Assembly (NCBI RefSeq): GCF_001194135.2
Contig: NC_068991.1
Span: 17,042,910 to 17,106,909, forward strand
Source of the DNA: Octopus bimaculoides
Taxonomy: Eukaryota
Length of the DNA: 64,000 nt
Direction of reading: 5' to 3'
The translations under genes were made by a program, and so were the position numbers. Under the pieces are notes generated by a model. The model worked only from the letters and a program-made list of their open reading frames with translations, ran no database searches and had not been told where the DNA came from. Of the stretch, positions 11,843 to 26,096 are shown piece by piece (position 1 is the first letter of the stretch; the number at the start of each line of letters is the position of its first letter).

Positions 11843-14800
11843 CCCATTTCTTTCTTGGGGGTGCATGGAAATTGTCTCAAGAAATATTGGTTTCAAATTA
11901 TTTACACAAGGCCAGCAAGTTTAAGGAATGGGATAAGTCGGCTACATTGACTCCAGTGCTCAACTGGTATTCATTTTATCAACCTTGAAAGGATGAAAGT
12001 CAGTTGACTACAGCAGAATTTGAACTCAGAACATAAAGACGGACAAAATGCCACTAAGCATTTTGCTTCTCAAGAAATATAGATACCCTCTAATGAAAGA
12101 CAGCAGCTGATCACTAATATTTTAGTGCCTTGAAGTGAAGGGTGACTGAGCCACAGTTTTGTCTTGTCTGGGAAATGAAAAACAGTATGTAAAATTCAAT
12201 TTGATAAGAATTATATCAATTTTTATTTGTTTTTGTCTGTACATTTTCAAAGTAAATATTTCTTTCCAGGGAGGTCGGGGAAGATCATTACTTTCTTGTC
12301 CATGAGTTGAAATATCTTAGTGGGAAAAAAAGCAACATTGCCATGATTTGTTCAATTTTGCCATCAACACAAACACATTATAATTATGGAGTAAAAAAAT
12401 TAATAAGGACAGATAATATGGTTCAATATGATATTTTTAGTAGCTCCAGCAACCATGAGCAACTTTATAAATTCATTTAATTTTTGAATCATATAGAAAA
12501 AGAGAAATGTTTTTTTACAGAATGGCAAAAGTGAGAGGTAAAATGAAAAAAAAAACGAGGAAAGAGATGAAAAACAGGTAAATGAGATAAAAATTCCATT
12601 AAAAGATGGAATTTAATTTTTATTTTTTTTACAAGAATTATCATTTCGTGTGTTTGGCAAACTTTAATACTGAAAACTGTCTGAAAGGTACAATGATGAT
12701 AAGATATGAAGCTAGGGAATTTGAAAAACATGGATTTTTGTGAAAAAATAAATAAATATATAAAATAAAATAATGTAAATTACAAGAGTTTCGGAAAGTA
12801 TGGTATTATAAAATGAAAGATACCGAAAAAAATTTCATTTTAATCACGGTTCCTATCCAAAAGCACGGTAAGATGGAATAGGGGATCAAGAAGTTTGAAA
12901 AACAGTTTGTTTCTTGTTTGTTTGATATTTTTAATCCGAATTTCATGTTTAGAATGTGAGACATAAAACGATCAAATATGCTGAAAAATTTTATTCATGA
13001 TAGTTATTCCGAAAGTTTATATATACATATTTATACACATACATCGTGTGCGACGTTTTAGACAACTAAGTATCATCAGCAATGAGAGAGAATAGAAAGA
13101 AAAAAAAATGATGTGTTACCTTTTTAATCATGCGGAACTTATTCCAGTGATACACCGGCATCTTATGAAAAAAATAATAAAGCGTATACACACATACACA
13201 GAAGGAAGACAGTTGATTTGTTGATTAATCGTTACAGTGTCATGGAACCACAGGTAAATAGAGCCGAGCTCTCTCTTTATATACGTTCTATCGTAAAGAA
13301 ACCAAACGTTGCTTAGATATGTGTTAAAATATTTACATAGGTTTTAAATTTAATTTTAAAACAGGAGTATCGTTTTTCTTTGTTGTATTGTTTATTTAAT
13401 CATACAAATACATATATTTATATACACACACACATACACATTCTTCTCTCCAAAGTACATTACAACTGACCAACGAAGCTCACTCTCCCGCTCCTAGACT
13501 GACCTCTTATTAGGCCTCCCTCATATATTTTGCTGGACTTCTGAGATTTCGTATGAGAGGAAGTCTCGTTGCTTGACCACCACCGATCCACTTCCATTTT
13601 TTATGTAGACGGCGAAACTTTCTTAAATATTCATAAATAATGTCACATTATATTTATTTTCGGTTTTGATTTTTCTCGTTTCTGCTTTTATATCGCTCCA
13701 CTTTATTTCTTTGTATCTTTAATTAAACAAGATCCCACACACACACATCCTCCCTAATAACACCAATAAACAAACAAGGCAGTTATTGTTTAGCCCAAGG
13801 TTAGTTTGTATTAAATAAAAGAAATTTTAAAAAAGGAAACGTTTCAGCTGTAACCATCCCACTTTTTTTTTCTCTTAGAATTTTGTATCTAGGATCATAT
13901 ATGTCCAATGTTCCCTTCCTATTTTATGGACGGAGAAGTGTGAATTGAGGGACATTGAGCAGCTATGTCTAGATCGTCAAGTTTCTATATACAGGCTCTC
14001 TTTCCTTGTCTCATTGTTTGGCTTGACTGCAATAAATAGATAGTTTTTTGTACTTATATAGCAACAACGCCGGTACAAAACACTTTCATCCGAATTGTTT
14101 ACAAATCTGCATATACGACGTACAATAGATGCACATGCATATCTATCTATCCATCTATCTATCTATCTATCTTTTTGTATGTGAGTGTATATATATATAT
14201 AATGTATGTATGATATAAATATATGTATATGTGTGTCTGTATATGTATATATGTGTCTGTATATGTATGTACAAGGTGATTCGGTATTTAAATGATATAT
14301 TCAAAATTTTTACTATTTATTTCGTTACAATTCATATATATATATATATANNNNNNNNNNNNNNNNNNNNNNNNNNNNNNNNNNNNNNNNNNNNNNNNNN
14401 NNNNNNNNNNNNNNNNNNNNNNNNTTAATACTACCTTTACTATTTTGCTGACTGCAAATATTATACACACACACACACACACATTATGTGTGTGTGTGTG
14501 TGTGAAAATGCCATTATCAAAACATGAGAGTAGTCATTGGCTTAGAAATAGCACAGTATAATGGTAATCCTGCTGAATTGTCTAGGTATATATTGATGAA
14601 CCATTTAGGGCTGTCCAGCCTGCTGGCACTATGAGCAGAGTACCCTTTGACTATCTCTCGTGAAATCTTTGAGTTGTGGTAGTCAACTGGGGTGGGGAGA
14701 AGGACCTTGGACTGTGTGGGTTAATGAAAGTAGTGAGGAAGTTGGTGAATGCTGTGCTGAAGAAATGTTCAGGAGGCATAGAGAAAAAATGGTGAGGCAG

Positions 14801-15184
14801 ACATACATTAAGAAGCTCAACTAAGCCTCAGTTATTAAATTATTTATATTAAATACTGAAGGAGCATTTGAATCCACCTATATATATATATATATATATA
14901 ATCCAAGAGAGTTAGGAGTTGAGGATTCAACCCACTAAGGGATAGTATCTAGAGATAGAATGGGGCATGCCAACGCCAGGCCGAAACAGCTGTAAGTTTC
15001 TGTCCCTTCTCCAATTGCTAAATGTCCTTTACATTTGAAATCTTAATTGTTAATATGACATGGTATGTCATAAGTGTCTGTATATTGTGTTTTTTGTCAA
15101 TTTAGTTATAAAATAGATTAATCAACGGAATACATTGTCTGCAAGTCGATGGGTACCGCATATTCTCCTCCATTTTCTCATTGC

Positions 15185-15215
<31 letters not shown>

Positions 15216-15730
15216 ATGTATAAATGGCAATTTTTGTCTGTGGCTATGTGTGTGGTGTGTGTGTTTGCGAATTTGTTACTTTAACTCCTCCGAGTCTACC
15301 CAACCAATCTTGATGAAACTTGACATGTGCATGGGGCTTATGCCCATGCGGTCACTTATGCACTTACGAATTTAAAAAGAAACTATAATTTGTAATCATC
15401 ATCAATTTTTCAAAAATCAATAGGACATTTCAATGCAAATTCTCATATGAATGTTATTTTCTGCCATAACTTTTAAAGTTTTCAACCAGTTTTGTTGAAA
15501 TTTTATACACAGATGGAATATGCACTATGGATGGGCTGAGACAAATAAATCTTTACCTAGGCCACTCAAGCAAAGTGTAAGATGATTTTTGATTAACAAA
15601 ATTTGACCTAAAATGTTGTGGGGTTAAAATGTTCATCAATTATTTCAGCATTCTCAGTTTGCTGTAATATGTATTTTCTTGACACTTGCACTTAAAATTG
15701 TCGGTTCTAACTTTTCTCTCAGGGTGCTTA

Positions 15731-15800
15731 TACTCCGTCATGAATGCACACTGACATTACACATCCAGCAGAGCATACTAGCTTCATTTCTTTCAATTTC
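15731..15800 (-). mobile_element. RTE-clade LINE ORF2 C-terminal fragment
   Basis: Translates to ERNEASMLCWMCNVSVH. Related 3' pieces at about 36450-36700 (-), 37490-37700 (+) and 54800-55030 (+). Confidence 0.6.
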
Positions 15801-17169
15801 CAATATATATCTATATATATTATACATATATATTGTATTCTGATCCCCTTTCCTTGTGAGTATGCCTAGCATTTTGCCACCATCTCTATCCTGCTGTCTC
15901 CCACTTTCTCTCTCTTTCTCCTGCACTTCCCTTAGGTTGGGTAATCATGTATTTCCTTTGTGGTAGCGCACTTATTTTTGTCATCATTCCTGATCTCTCT
16001 CTCTATCTCTCCCTCTCTCTATCTCTTTCTCTCTCCAGGGAACCTCGTACTTCTCTTACTGCAAGACACCTGTTTCTGTCTCTCTGTCTCATTATAACCT
16101 TTCATCATCCAACACAACATCGCCTTCTCCAATGCCTCTTGAAAGTTTCTTTTTTTTCTTGCAAGTACTTGGTGACCCTGTCAGTGCAGGTGCCACTTAA
16201 AGCCACCAGTCCACACTGTAAAGTGGTTGGTGTTCGGAAAGACATCCAGCTATAAAACCTTTGCCAAAACTGACCTCGCCTGTGCTTGTGCCATGTAAAA
16301 AGCACTTGTCAAAACAGTCACAGAAGCCTGGTGCTGGCTTCTGCCTGGCCACCTCTTGTGAAACCATCCCAGCTATGCTAGCAGGGAAAGCAGGCATTAA
16401 ACGATGATAATGATTATATATATATAATCATCATGGTGTGATGTATGTATGTATGTGTGTATACATACATACACACACACACACACACATATATATAATA
16501 ATAATAATAATAATTTCTCTCTATATCTATAAAAACTTCTGTTGAGTTACTTCAGTCCTACATAAACTACTAATAATAATAATAATAATAAAGGGTAAAA
16601 TCATAAATGATTTTAACCAAGGATGCAAGATAACCACACTAGTACTTAATAAAATGCACCTAGTACATTCTGTTAAGTGGTTGGTGAATGAGTGGAGACA
16701 CTATAAGATCAAGAGGACGTTTTAGTCTTAAGGACATGCCAACATCTCAAGTGCAAGTATCACAATAAAATTCATCCAGTATACTCAATAGTGATTGATA
16801 CTAGGAAGAGAATCTGTGCATGGACTCTGACGATGATAACATTAAGATCATTCAATTTTTTTACAGTCGATCTAGAAAAAGCTGCAAGTCAAAGAAGCAT
16901 AAATAAAGAAATGTGTAAAGTCCATTATTTCTGCCTTTTCTTATATGTCACTCTGTGAAAAAGACCAGTTTAACTGGGGAATGCAACCATGGATTTACAA
17001 AATTGACTAGTTATAGACTTCAACCTTGGAACTTGCCCTAGGATTACCTGGAGTTCTTTACTAATCTGAAAATATCTTGTTAGGCTGCGCTGTAGTTTGC
17101 CCAAATTGATAATCCTTTATTAATAACTCTTTATTCTATTGTGTGCGCATGTGCAGGGTAAAATATAAA

Positions 17170-17495
17170 GGCCCAGATCGGTCACGAATGACCATGGTAT
17201 TGCACCTAGAAAATCATCCTCTGAAGCACAAGTCCGGGCAAGGTTGTTTACTGAAGACCAGCAGTTGCCCATGCTTACCAGCCTCCCCTCTCCGTGCCAC
17301 CAATGTTGTTCAAGGGAAAGGCAAAGGCTGATACAGCTTGGCACCAGTGACATTGCAACTCATTTCTACAGCTGAGTGAAGTGGTGTGATATGAAATAAA
17401 GTGCCTTGCTCAAGAACACAACACACAGCTTGGTCCAGGAATCAAACTCTCTACCTCTTTATTGTGAGCCTGGTGCTCTAACCACTGAGCCAGGC
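17170..17495 (-). mobile_element. tRNA-derived SINE family E
   Basis: On -: TGGCTCAGTGGTTAGAGC A box, GAGTTTGATTCC B box and CORE-like GTGTTCTTGAGCAAGGCACTT. Confidence 0.65.
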
Positions 17496-19523
17496 ATCTT
17501 CTGCATATATATATATATATANNNNNNNNNNNNNNNNNNNNNNNNNNNNNNNNNNNNNNNNNNNNNNNNNNNNNNNNNNNNNNNNNNNNNNNNNNNNNNN
17601 NNNNNNNNNNNNNNNNNNNNNNNNNNNNNNNNNNNNNNNNNNNNNNNNNNNNNNNNNNNNNNNNNNNNNNNNNNNNNNNNNNNNNNNNNNNNNNNNNNNN
17701 NNNNNNNNNNNNNNNNNNNNNNNNNNNNNNNNNNNNNNNNNNNNNNNNNNNNNNNNNNNNNNNNNNNNNNNNNNNNNNNNNNNNNNNNNNNNNNNNNNNN
17801 NNNNNNNNNNNNNNNNNNNNNNNNNNNNNNNNNNNNNNNNNNNNNNNNNNNNNNNNNNNNNNNNNNNNNNNNNNNNNNNNNNNNNNNNNNNNNNNNNNNN
17901 NNNNNNNNNNNNNNNNNNNNNNNNNNNNNNNNNNNNNNNNNNNNNNNNNNNNNNNNNNNNNNNNNNNNNNNNNNNNNNNNNNNNNNNNNNNNNNNNNNNN
18001 NNNNNNNNNNNNNNNNNNNNNNNNNNNNNNNNNNNNNNNNNNNNNNNNNNNNNNNNNNNNNNNNNNNNNNNNNNNNNNNNNNNNNNNNNNNNNNNNNNNN
18101 NNNNNNNNNNNNNNNNNNNNNNNNNNNNNNNNATATACACACACAGACACACACACACACACACACAGACATACATCATCATTGATGTCCTTTTTCTATG
18201 CTGGCTTAGGCTGGATGGTTCAACAGAAGCTAAAGAGCCAAAGGAATGAGTCAAGCTTCAATGTCTGCTTTGGTATGGTTTCTATGGTTAGATGCCCTTC
18301 CAGTTCACAGAGTATACTGGGTGGGTTTTTTTTGTTTTTTTTTTCCACACCACTGACACTGTTGAGGTCACCAAGTAACTCATAAGACAAGGCCTTTCAA
18401 CTGAGTGTGGGGGGGGGGGGTGTAGTATTGAGGGAGGTTTCTTTATGCCAGGTACTGAGAGGTTGAAGTAGATAGAGGGACAGGCACAGTGTCTTGCAGA
18501 AGAGAAGACATTTGGCTCAAGGTTGTCACGCAGTAAGACTGAACCCAGAACCATATGGTTGGGAAGCAAACTTATTACCATACAGCCTGGTTTACACTAT
18601 TTACATAGCTGTGCAATTCAACAAAAAGAGAACAACAGAATAAATATTAGACTTAAAAGAATATACTGGTGTCAATTTATTTGACTAAATCCTTTAACAT
18701 AGTGCACCAGCATGGCTACAATCCAGTGCCTGAAACAAGGAAAAGAGTGTTGTGAAGTGAAATGCCTCACAAATCATCTCTTAACCTGTGAGTTTATTGA
18801 CAAACTTAAGGACTACCCGTGACTATTAAGTGATCAGGAGTGTGTGTGTGTGTGTGTATGCTTGGGTTGGTTCATTCTTTTGATACATTCTCGACTCTCT
18901 TGCATTCATTTAGGTTAAGTATCTTAAACTTAAAGACTGCTTCTGATAGCAGGTTTAGCAGGTGTTGGGGTACTTTGTTAATCCTTAATGTTTTCATAGC
19001 TGTCTTAGGTATTCATTTTGTTCAGTTGAATGCCATAAACTTTAGGGCTACCTGTGTTGATATCTTCTCTTAGCTTCTGTTATTTCTTTCAGTCATTGGA
19101 CTGTGGCCATGCTAGGGCACCACCTTGAAGGGTTTTAGGCAAAATAAATCAACCTCAGTACTTTTTTTTTTGTTTTTTTTTTTAAGTCTGATAGTTATTC
19201 TGTTTGTCTTATTTGCTGAACTGCTAAGTNNNNNNNNNNNNNNNNNNNNNNNNNNNNNNNNNNNNNNNNNNNNNNNNNNNNNNNNNNNNNNNNNNNNNNN
19301 NNNNNNNNNNNNNNNNNNNNNNNNNNNNNNNNNNNNNNNNNNNNNNNNNNNNNNNNNNNNNNNNNNNNNNNNNNNNNNNNNNNNNNNNNNNNNNNNNNNN
19401 NNNNNNNNNNNNNNNNNNNNNNNNNNNNNNNNNNNNNNNNNNNNNNNNNNNNNNNNNNNNNNNNNNNNNNNNNNNNNNNNNNNNNNNNNNNNNNNNNNNN
19501 NNNNNNNNNNNNNNNNNNNNNNN

Positions 19524-19557
<34 letters not shown>

Positions 19558-21356
19558 GCTTCTTTCAATTTCCGTCTACCAAATCCACTCACAAGGCTTT
19601 GGTCGGCCCGAGACTATAGCAGAAGACACTTGCCCAAGGTGCCACACAGTGGGACTGAACCCAGAACCATGTGGTTGGTAAGCAAGCTACTTACCACACA
19701 GCCACTCCTGCGCCTATATATGCATACAACAACCTTCTTTCAGTTTCCCTCTACTAAATCCACTAACAAGGATTTGGTCAGCCCAGGGCTATAATAGAAA
19801 AGACACTTGCATAAGATGTCACACAATGGGCCTGAACCCAGAACCATGTGATTGGGAAGCAAATTTTTTACAACACTGCCCCACCTACGTCTATATACTT
19901 GTTTTTCTTTTCTTTTTTCTTTGTTATCATTTAGGCATGTTGGCTTTCTGCAAGTGCTTCAGATTTAATGTTGTCAAGTTATGCGACTTGTAAATACAAA
20001 CAAGACTTAAAGGTTCTCTCTCTCTCTCACCAACACGTTTTCACCAGACACTCCTTTAGTTTCATGTGAAATTACTGAAATAATTTCTCGTTAGAGTACA
20101 ATAGCGAACATTCTATTTACTTTTACTACTATGATATCTTGGTCACTGTGTGTGTATGTTATACGTTGTTTGATGACCCAACTTCGACGTTCAGTAAATG
20201 GATGGGTTTATTTTATTATATATATATATACATATAAAACTAGAAACACACCTATATTAATATATATTCTTTCATTCGTTCGTTGTGAAGTTGCATAAGT
20301 GACTCAAGAACGTAGAGTTCCGTGTGTCTGAGTTTGATAACTTAGCCCCTGATCATCAAAGACGCTCCGGACATGACCACTCCGTTGTTTTCATTTTGCA
20401 GATATAGTATACTTGAGATTACGTTACCAAGTGTAACCCCTCCTTATTATTGAAAGGCGTTCCACTCGTGACTAACCAGTCTTTTTTGTTTTTTTGTTTT
20501 TAAAGAAAACATTTGTAATTCTACGAATACACTGTCCAATGTGACACGTGATCTTACATTTTGTAAGACTGTTAGATACGAATCAGTGGAGTTTTGGTTT
20601 CTATTTCTAGCAGTTCAAACGACCACATTGTGACTCCTTGTTTAAGTGCTTGTAAATGGGAAAGGATTGGTGTGTACGCGCCTGTACTTGTGTGTGTGTA
20701 CGTGCGTGTTGGCGATAGTGTTTGCAACAGCGAGAGAGAGAGACTATGAAAGAAGGTGATGCGATACGATATGTGTGGTGTAATGCTTTGATGTGTGTAC
20801 GCGTGTGAATTAGCTACACCTTTGTGCGGTTGTGAGTGGGTGTCTCACATAATTAGTGAGACAGTGTAGTGCAAAAGAGTTTGTAGTTCTCGTGGTCTTT
20901 TTCAGTTGAAATCTCGATATATATTTTATGTCTGTATAGGTGTGTACATGTATGTGTGTGAAAATAAGAGTATTTTTGTGAGTGTGCTTGAGAAAGAAAT
21001 TTTATGCAATACGCGTGTGTGTGTGCGTGTGTGCATGTCCAGATAGGTGTTCGTATGTTTGTGTGTGTGTATAACTATTTATTTATTTATTTATTTATTT
21101 ATTTATGTGTTTCAGCCAAGTGGCTGCGGTCATGCTGGTGCACCACCGTGAGACTATGATCGTGTAAGTGAAACCATATGAAATAGCCTCCTGTGTGTGT
21201 GTGTGTGTGTGTGTTATTTGCATACGTTTGTATTTACTTTTTTTTTCTGGTTTCAGCCAGAGATTGCTGCCATGCTGGAGCACATGTACGAGTACCTCAT
21301 GCTTGTGTAACTATTTGTTTCAATGGTTAGATTTGACTTTATGTGTATATGTGTGT

Positions 21357-21397
<41 letters not shown>

Positions 21398-21800
21398 TGG
21401 ATAGATAGATAGATAGATAGAAAACTGTTTTTAATTTCTTGACTGTGGTGGTGATGATGGTGATAGATTGTGTGTGAGTTTCTAATTGTTTCAGTGTGTG
21501 CGTGTGCGCGCACAATACACGGGTGTCTATGTGAGTGCATGTATGTGTGAGTGTTTGAGTATATTTGCGTTTTTATAAGTATTCTATGTGTGTGTGTGTG
21601 TGTGTGTGCAGTAGGACGTGCTGCGCCTTTACAGTAATGTGACACATGACTCGGGGAAAACAACAGTGTCTGTCAAAACTACCCTCCTCCCCTTCTTTCC
21701 TCTCTGCTTTCATCACGTTGTTTTTCAACCTTAAATCGGGACTTTTTTTTTTTTTTGTCACTACTGCGAATGGACAGACAGTGTGAGCCTNNNNNNNNNN

Positions 21801-21938
21801 TTTTTTTTGTCACTACTGCGAATGGACAGACAGTGTGAGCCTTTTAATATAAGATACCAGGCACATACACACACCGTCACCTTAGAACATAGTACCAAAT
21901 AGATCGGAGCAAAGAGCCAGATGAGTAGTTTAGCCGAG
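21801..21938 (+). promoter_or_regulatory. Candidate non-coding first exon of the zinc-finger gene
   Basis: Strong donor CCGAG|GTAAGA at 21938/21939, inside a CpG-containing, repeat-poor stretch (about 21600-22390). The 5' boundary is unknown. Confidence 0.35.
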
Positions 21939-24261
21939 GTAAGAATTAGTTTAGCCTTCGATAGGGAAACAAACTCCCATACCGTATAATTCTTCTCTCT
22001 TTTGAATTGTGTCTTTCATAGCTATACAAATACATACATACATTTCTCTCACTCCCTCTCTGTCTCTCTCTCTCGCACACACACACACACAGAAAAATTT
22101 GAATTAACAATCGAGAGGAAAACTATACTAACACCAAGATTCAAATTATATATATATATTATAAGACCATCTATTACATATATATTGTATTGTATCTCGG
22201 GCGGGTCAGCTGATGGTTCACTCCGTCGCTTCTCTGATTATTATTATTATTATTTTTTTTTTTTTTTTGTTAACCTGTATGTGTGTGCGATCCTTAAGGT
22301 GACAAGATCTTTTTTTTGCCACCTTGAAGGATCGATCGCACCTAAGGAAGAAACTCGGTGTGGCTGGCGATGATGGAGAAAAATCATCAGGTTGTTTATT
22401 TATCTTTTACTTGTTTCAGTCATTTGACTGCAGCCATGCTGGAGCACCGCCTCGAAGGATTTTAGTTGAACAGATCGACCCTAAGACTTGTTTTTTTTTT
22501 TAACTCTAGTACTTATTCTATCGGTTTCTTTAAACAACCAACACCAGTTGTCAAGCGTTGGTGGGGAACACACATACACACACACACATATATATATATA
22601 TCAGGTTTCTTTCAGTTTCCGTCTACCAAATCCACTTACAAGGCTTTGGTCGGCCCGAGGTATGTAGTAGGAGACACTTGCCTAAGGTGCCACGCAGTGG
22701 GACTGAACCTAGAACCATGTGGTTGTGAAGAAAGCTTCCTACCACACAGCCACGCCTGCGCCTCTTACCGTCCCAGACGGTGGAACTCAAGGTAGAAAAA
22801 GCTATAAATAAAACAGTGTAAACATTAGTTTCGAATTTTGGCACAGGGCCGGGAAGTTCGAGGAAGCGAGTAAGTCGGTTTCCATGGACTCCAGTATTCA
22901 GTTGATACTTATTTTATCGACTCCGACAGGATGAAGGGCAAAGTCGATCTCAGTGGAATAGTAAAAAAAAATAAAAAATAAAAAAACCTTGGGTGGGAAA
23001 CGTTGGACACGAACCCACATTTATATATGTGTGCACTTCTCTCCCCCCCTCTCTCTCACACACACATTCACTCATTGAGTTGCAGGAATGGTTCAATGCT
23101 GGATCAAATAATGTGTTGTCTAGTATTTCAAGTTTTATCCATCTGCATTAGTTCGGGGTTCAAATTGCATTCCATCCAAGGGTGGGGTGTATTTTTGCAA
23201 CTATTTCCTCCTAAATAGAATTAATAACCGAGAGCCTATATGTACTACAGTTTAGCGAATTAATAATACACACACCCTCTCATCTAAATTCATAACTGTT
23301 TATCAATCGAAAATATTGTATTAATGTGTAATGTGTCATTCACGATAAAAGAGCGTCGGGCAAAGTGTCTCCAAGTCCTTAGTTATGTCCCTTTGCATTC
23401 TGGTTTCAAGTCCCACTGAAGCTAGCTTTACATTTTATTCTTCCGTGGTCGATAACATAAAGTAACAATACTGGGGTCATTTTAATCCATTTTTTCCCAT
23501 CACCCTGTAGATTTATGTCCTAAGTTTTTTAAAGAATCCGAAGCGCAGCGAACAACGATCAGTGCAATATTTAAGTTACGTTTCTTTGGTCAACTCTGCT
23601 TTTTTGTCTATCTGGAATCGATCAAATCTATACCAGTTGAGTACTGAGGTCCGTGGTACAATGACTTTGTAGTTTGTCAGGACACTGCTTCTTTCAAATA
23701 TAAATACTTCCCATCTTCCACCACAACCTTCTCTCACTCTTACTTCCTGTTTCCGTTGTGACTGTAATTCAAAGGGTCAGCCTTGTCACACTGTGTCACG
23801 CTGAATATCCCCGAGAACTACGTTAAGGGTACACGTGTCTGTGGAGTGCTCAGCCACTTGCACGTTAATTTCACTAGCAGGCTGTTCCGTTGATCGGATC
23901 AACTGGAACCCTCGACGTCGTAAGCGACGGAGTGTCAACAACAACAATTCCCTCTATTAACCTGAGCACTATATAAGATAAACTCATATGTATTGTTAAG
24001 GTGACAAGCTGCAGAATCTTTAGTATAGTGCACAAAATGCCTAGTGACATTTCTTCCTACTCTTTATGTCTTGAGGTCAACTTTACCTTTCATCCTTTCA
24101 AGATCAATGAAATAAGCGCTTGTTGATTTCTAGGGTTGGTGTCTCCCTCGAAATTTCGTCTTTGTGCCTATAGTAGAAAGAATTATTACTATCAAAATAA
24201 CTTTATTATTAAACTGATGTTTGGAATAAAAAGTAACAAAGAATTTTGATAAGTTTTAACC

Positions 24262-24570
24262 CAGGGTTTCTCAACTGGGGTCCATATAAGATTATTGGGG
24301 TCCACGGATGCAATATAGTAAATTGGGGTCCGTGGTAATTTTTCAGGGGCCATGAAAAAATTTTGCTTCAGACCAGTAAAGTTCACATGTAATAAACTGG
24401 TTATACATTCACAATACACAAAATATTTTAACAATTTTTATACAAGTCCTAATAATATTTAATTATGAAAACACAATAGGATTTTCTAAACATCAAATGG
24501 CTATGGGAGTCCACCCAAGTAAAATAGGAATCAGAGGGTTCCATAGGTAAAAAATGGTTGAGAACCCTTG
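24262..24570. mobile_element. hAT (Charlie-like) MITE, 309 bp
   Basis: TIRs CAGGGTTTCTCAAC...GTTGAGAACCCTTG with exact 8-bp TSD TTTTAACC (24254-24261 and 24571-24578). Confidence 0.9.
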
Positions 24571-25251
24571 TTTTAACCGTTTAGCATGCAGTTTACTTTA
24601 TCAAATATAATTTATTCACATTGCTTTGAATTAATCATGTACCATCTTACAGCTTCATGACTTCATCCTTGTGGCAAAATTTGAAACCGTTATTATTATT
24701 GTTGTTGATATTATTATTATTATTATTATTAGCAGCAGCAGCAGCGGTGAGCTAGCTGAACCATTAGCACATCAGACAAAATGCTTAGAGGCATTTCATC
24801 CATCTTTATGTTCTGAATTCAAATTCCACCGAGGTCAACCTTGCCTTTTATCCTTTCAATAAACTAGATACCAGTTCAGTAGTGGAGGTGAGGATCAATG
24901 TAATTAACTTATCCTCCGCCAAAATTTCAGGCCTTGTGTCTATAGTAGTAGGTAGAGCTATATCTTGCGATTAACAGACACATTTGTCCATTCCTACGCA
25001 AAATCAAAATCGTCATTGTCCCTATTGTAACTTCATAGCAAAATCCATACCGGCACTGAAATTACATTCATGTATCCGTCACAAATACAGCTTCTTTCAT
25101 TTAACTGATCTTATCAAAGTTACTTCCCTTCACTTGTTCTTTATTTTTAAACTTTTCAAAATTTCTAGAGGGAGGTTTTTGTAGTTTTTTTCTTTGTTTT
25201 GCTATTTTCACCCTTTTTTTTTTGTCTCTTAATTTCTTTCGATAATCTCAG

Positions 25252-25452
25252 CCAATCGAAGTTATTCAATTGACTATTTTACATATGTCAAAGCCTATTG
25301 CATCTGTCAGACTGTTGACCTGCCAGTCATTCCTGTCACCACCATTAATAGTATCAGCAGCTGCTGCTGCTAAGAGAACCAGCAACAAAAATGTCTGCTC
25401 ACCTGAGATTATTAGCTTGAATATATGTAACAGTTTTGTTATACACATTCAG
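25252..25452 (+). other. Candidate internal 5' UTR exon of the zinc-finger gene (201 nt)
   Basis: Long polypyrimidine tract ending ctcag| and donor CAG|GTAAAT; non-repetitive sequence. Confidence 0.4.
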
Positions 25453-26096
25453 GTAAATACAATGTGATGGCTAATGAAATTTGATACAGTGAACTGGTGA
25501 AAGAATGTTTCATGGGGAATAAGGGAATGGGATGTCTAGTTATTTATTCATTTTCCCCTTCTACTGTTTTTTCTCCCTTTTATTTTATTTTATTTTATTT
25601 TTTATTTTTTTAAGTGGTGACTGTGTGCAAGGATGAAATGTCATGCTGTTCCTCTTGTCACAACTTCAAATATATGAAATACTGAGGTAATAGCTGACTA
25701 CCTGCTAGATCACATGACTAACAATCATATGGATTGAGATACTTCATCTTGCATTCAAGTCAGTATATAATATAAATAAAGCAAAAAATAAAGCCATACT
25801 AAACATGTAACCTTTCCCACGAAATTAGATATTACAACATACGCGCACACACAAATGAGCATATTTATATGTATGTACATACATATATATAAAAATGAGC
25901 ATATATTATATAAATGAATATATATATATATATACACACACAGCATTAGGAAGGGCATCCAGCTGTAGAAACTTTGCCAAATCAGATTGGAGCCTGGTGT
26001 AGCCATCTGGTTTCACCAGTCCTCAGTCAAATCGTCCAACCCATGCTAGCATGGAAAGCGGACGTTAAACGACGACGACGACGACACACATACACA

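Noticed and set aside
2403-19619. Long ORF-track entries spanning N-runs (for example 2403-2957, 8053-8678, 17406-18254)
   Set aside because: They are open only because N codons are not stops; the flanks are (TA)n/(GT)n repeats giving YIYI/CVCV peptides.
21755-21843. About 40-bp direct repeat around a 10-N gap
   Set aside because: Typical unmerged contig overlap at a poly-T tract.
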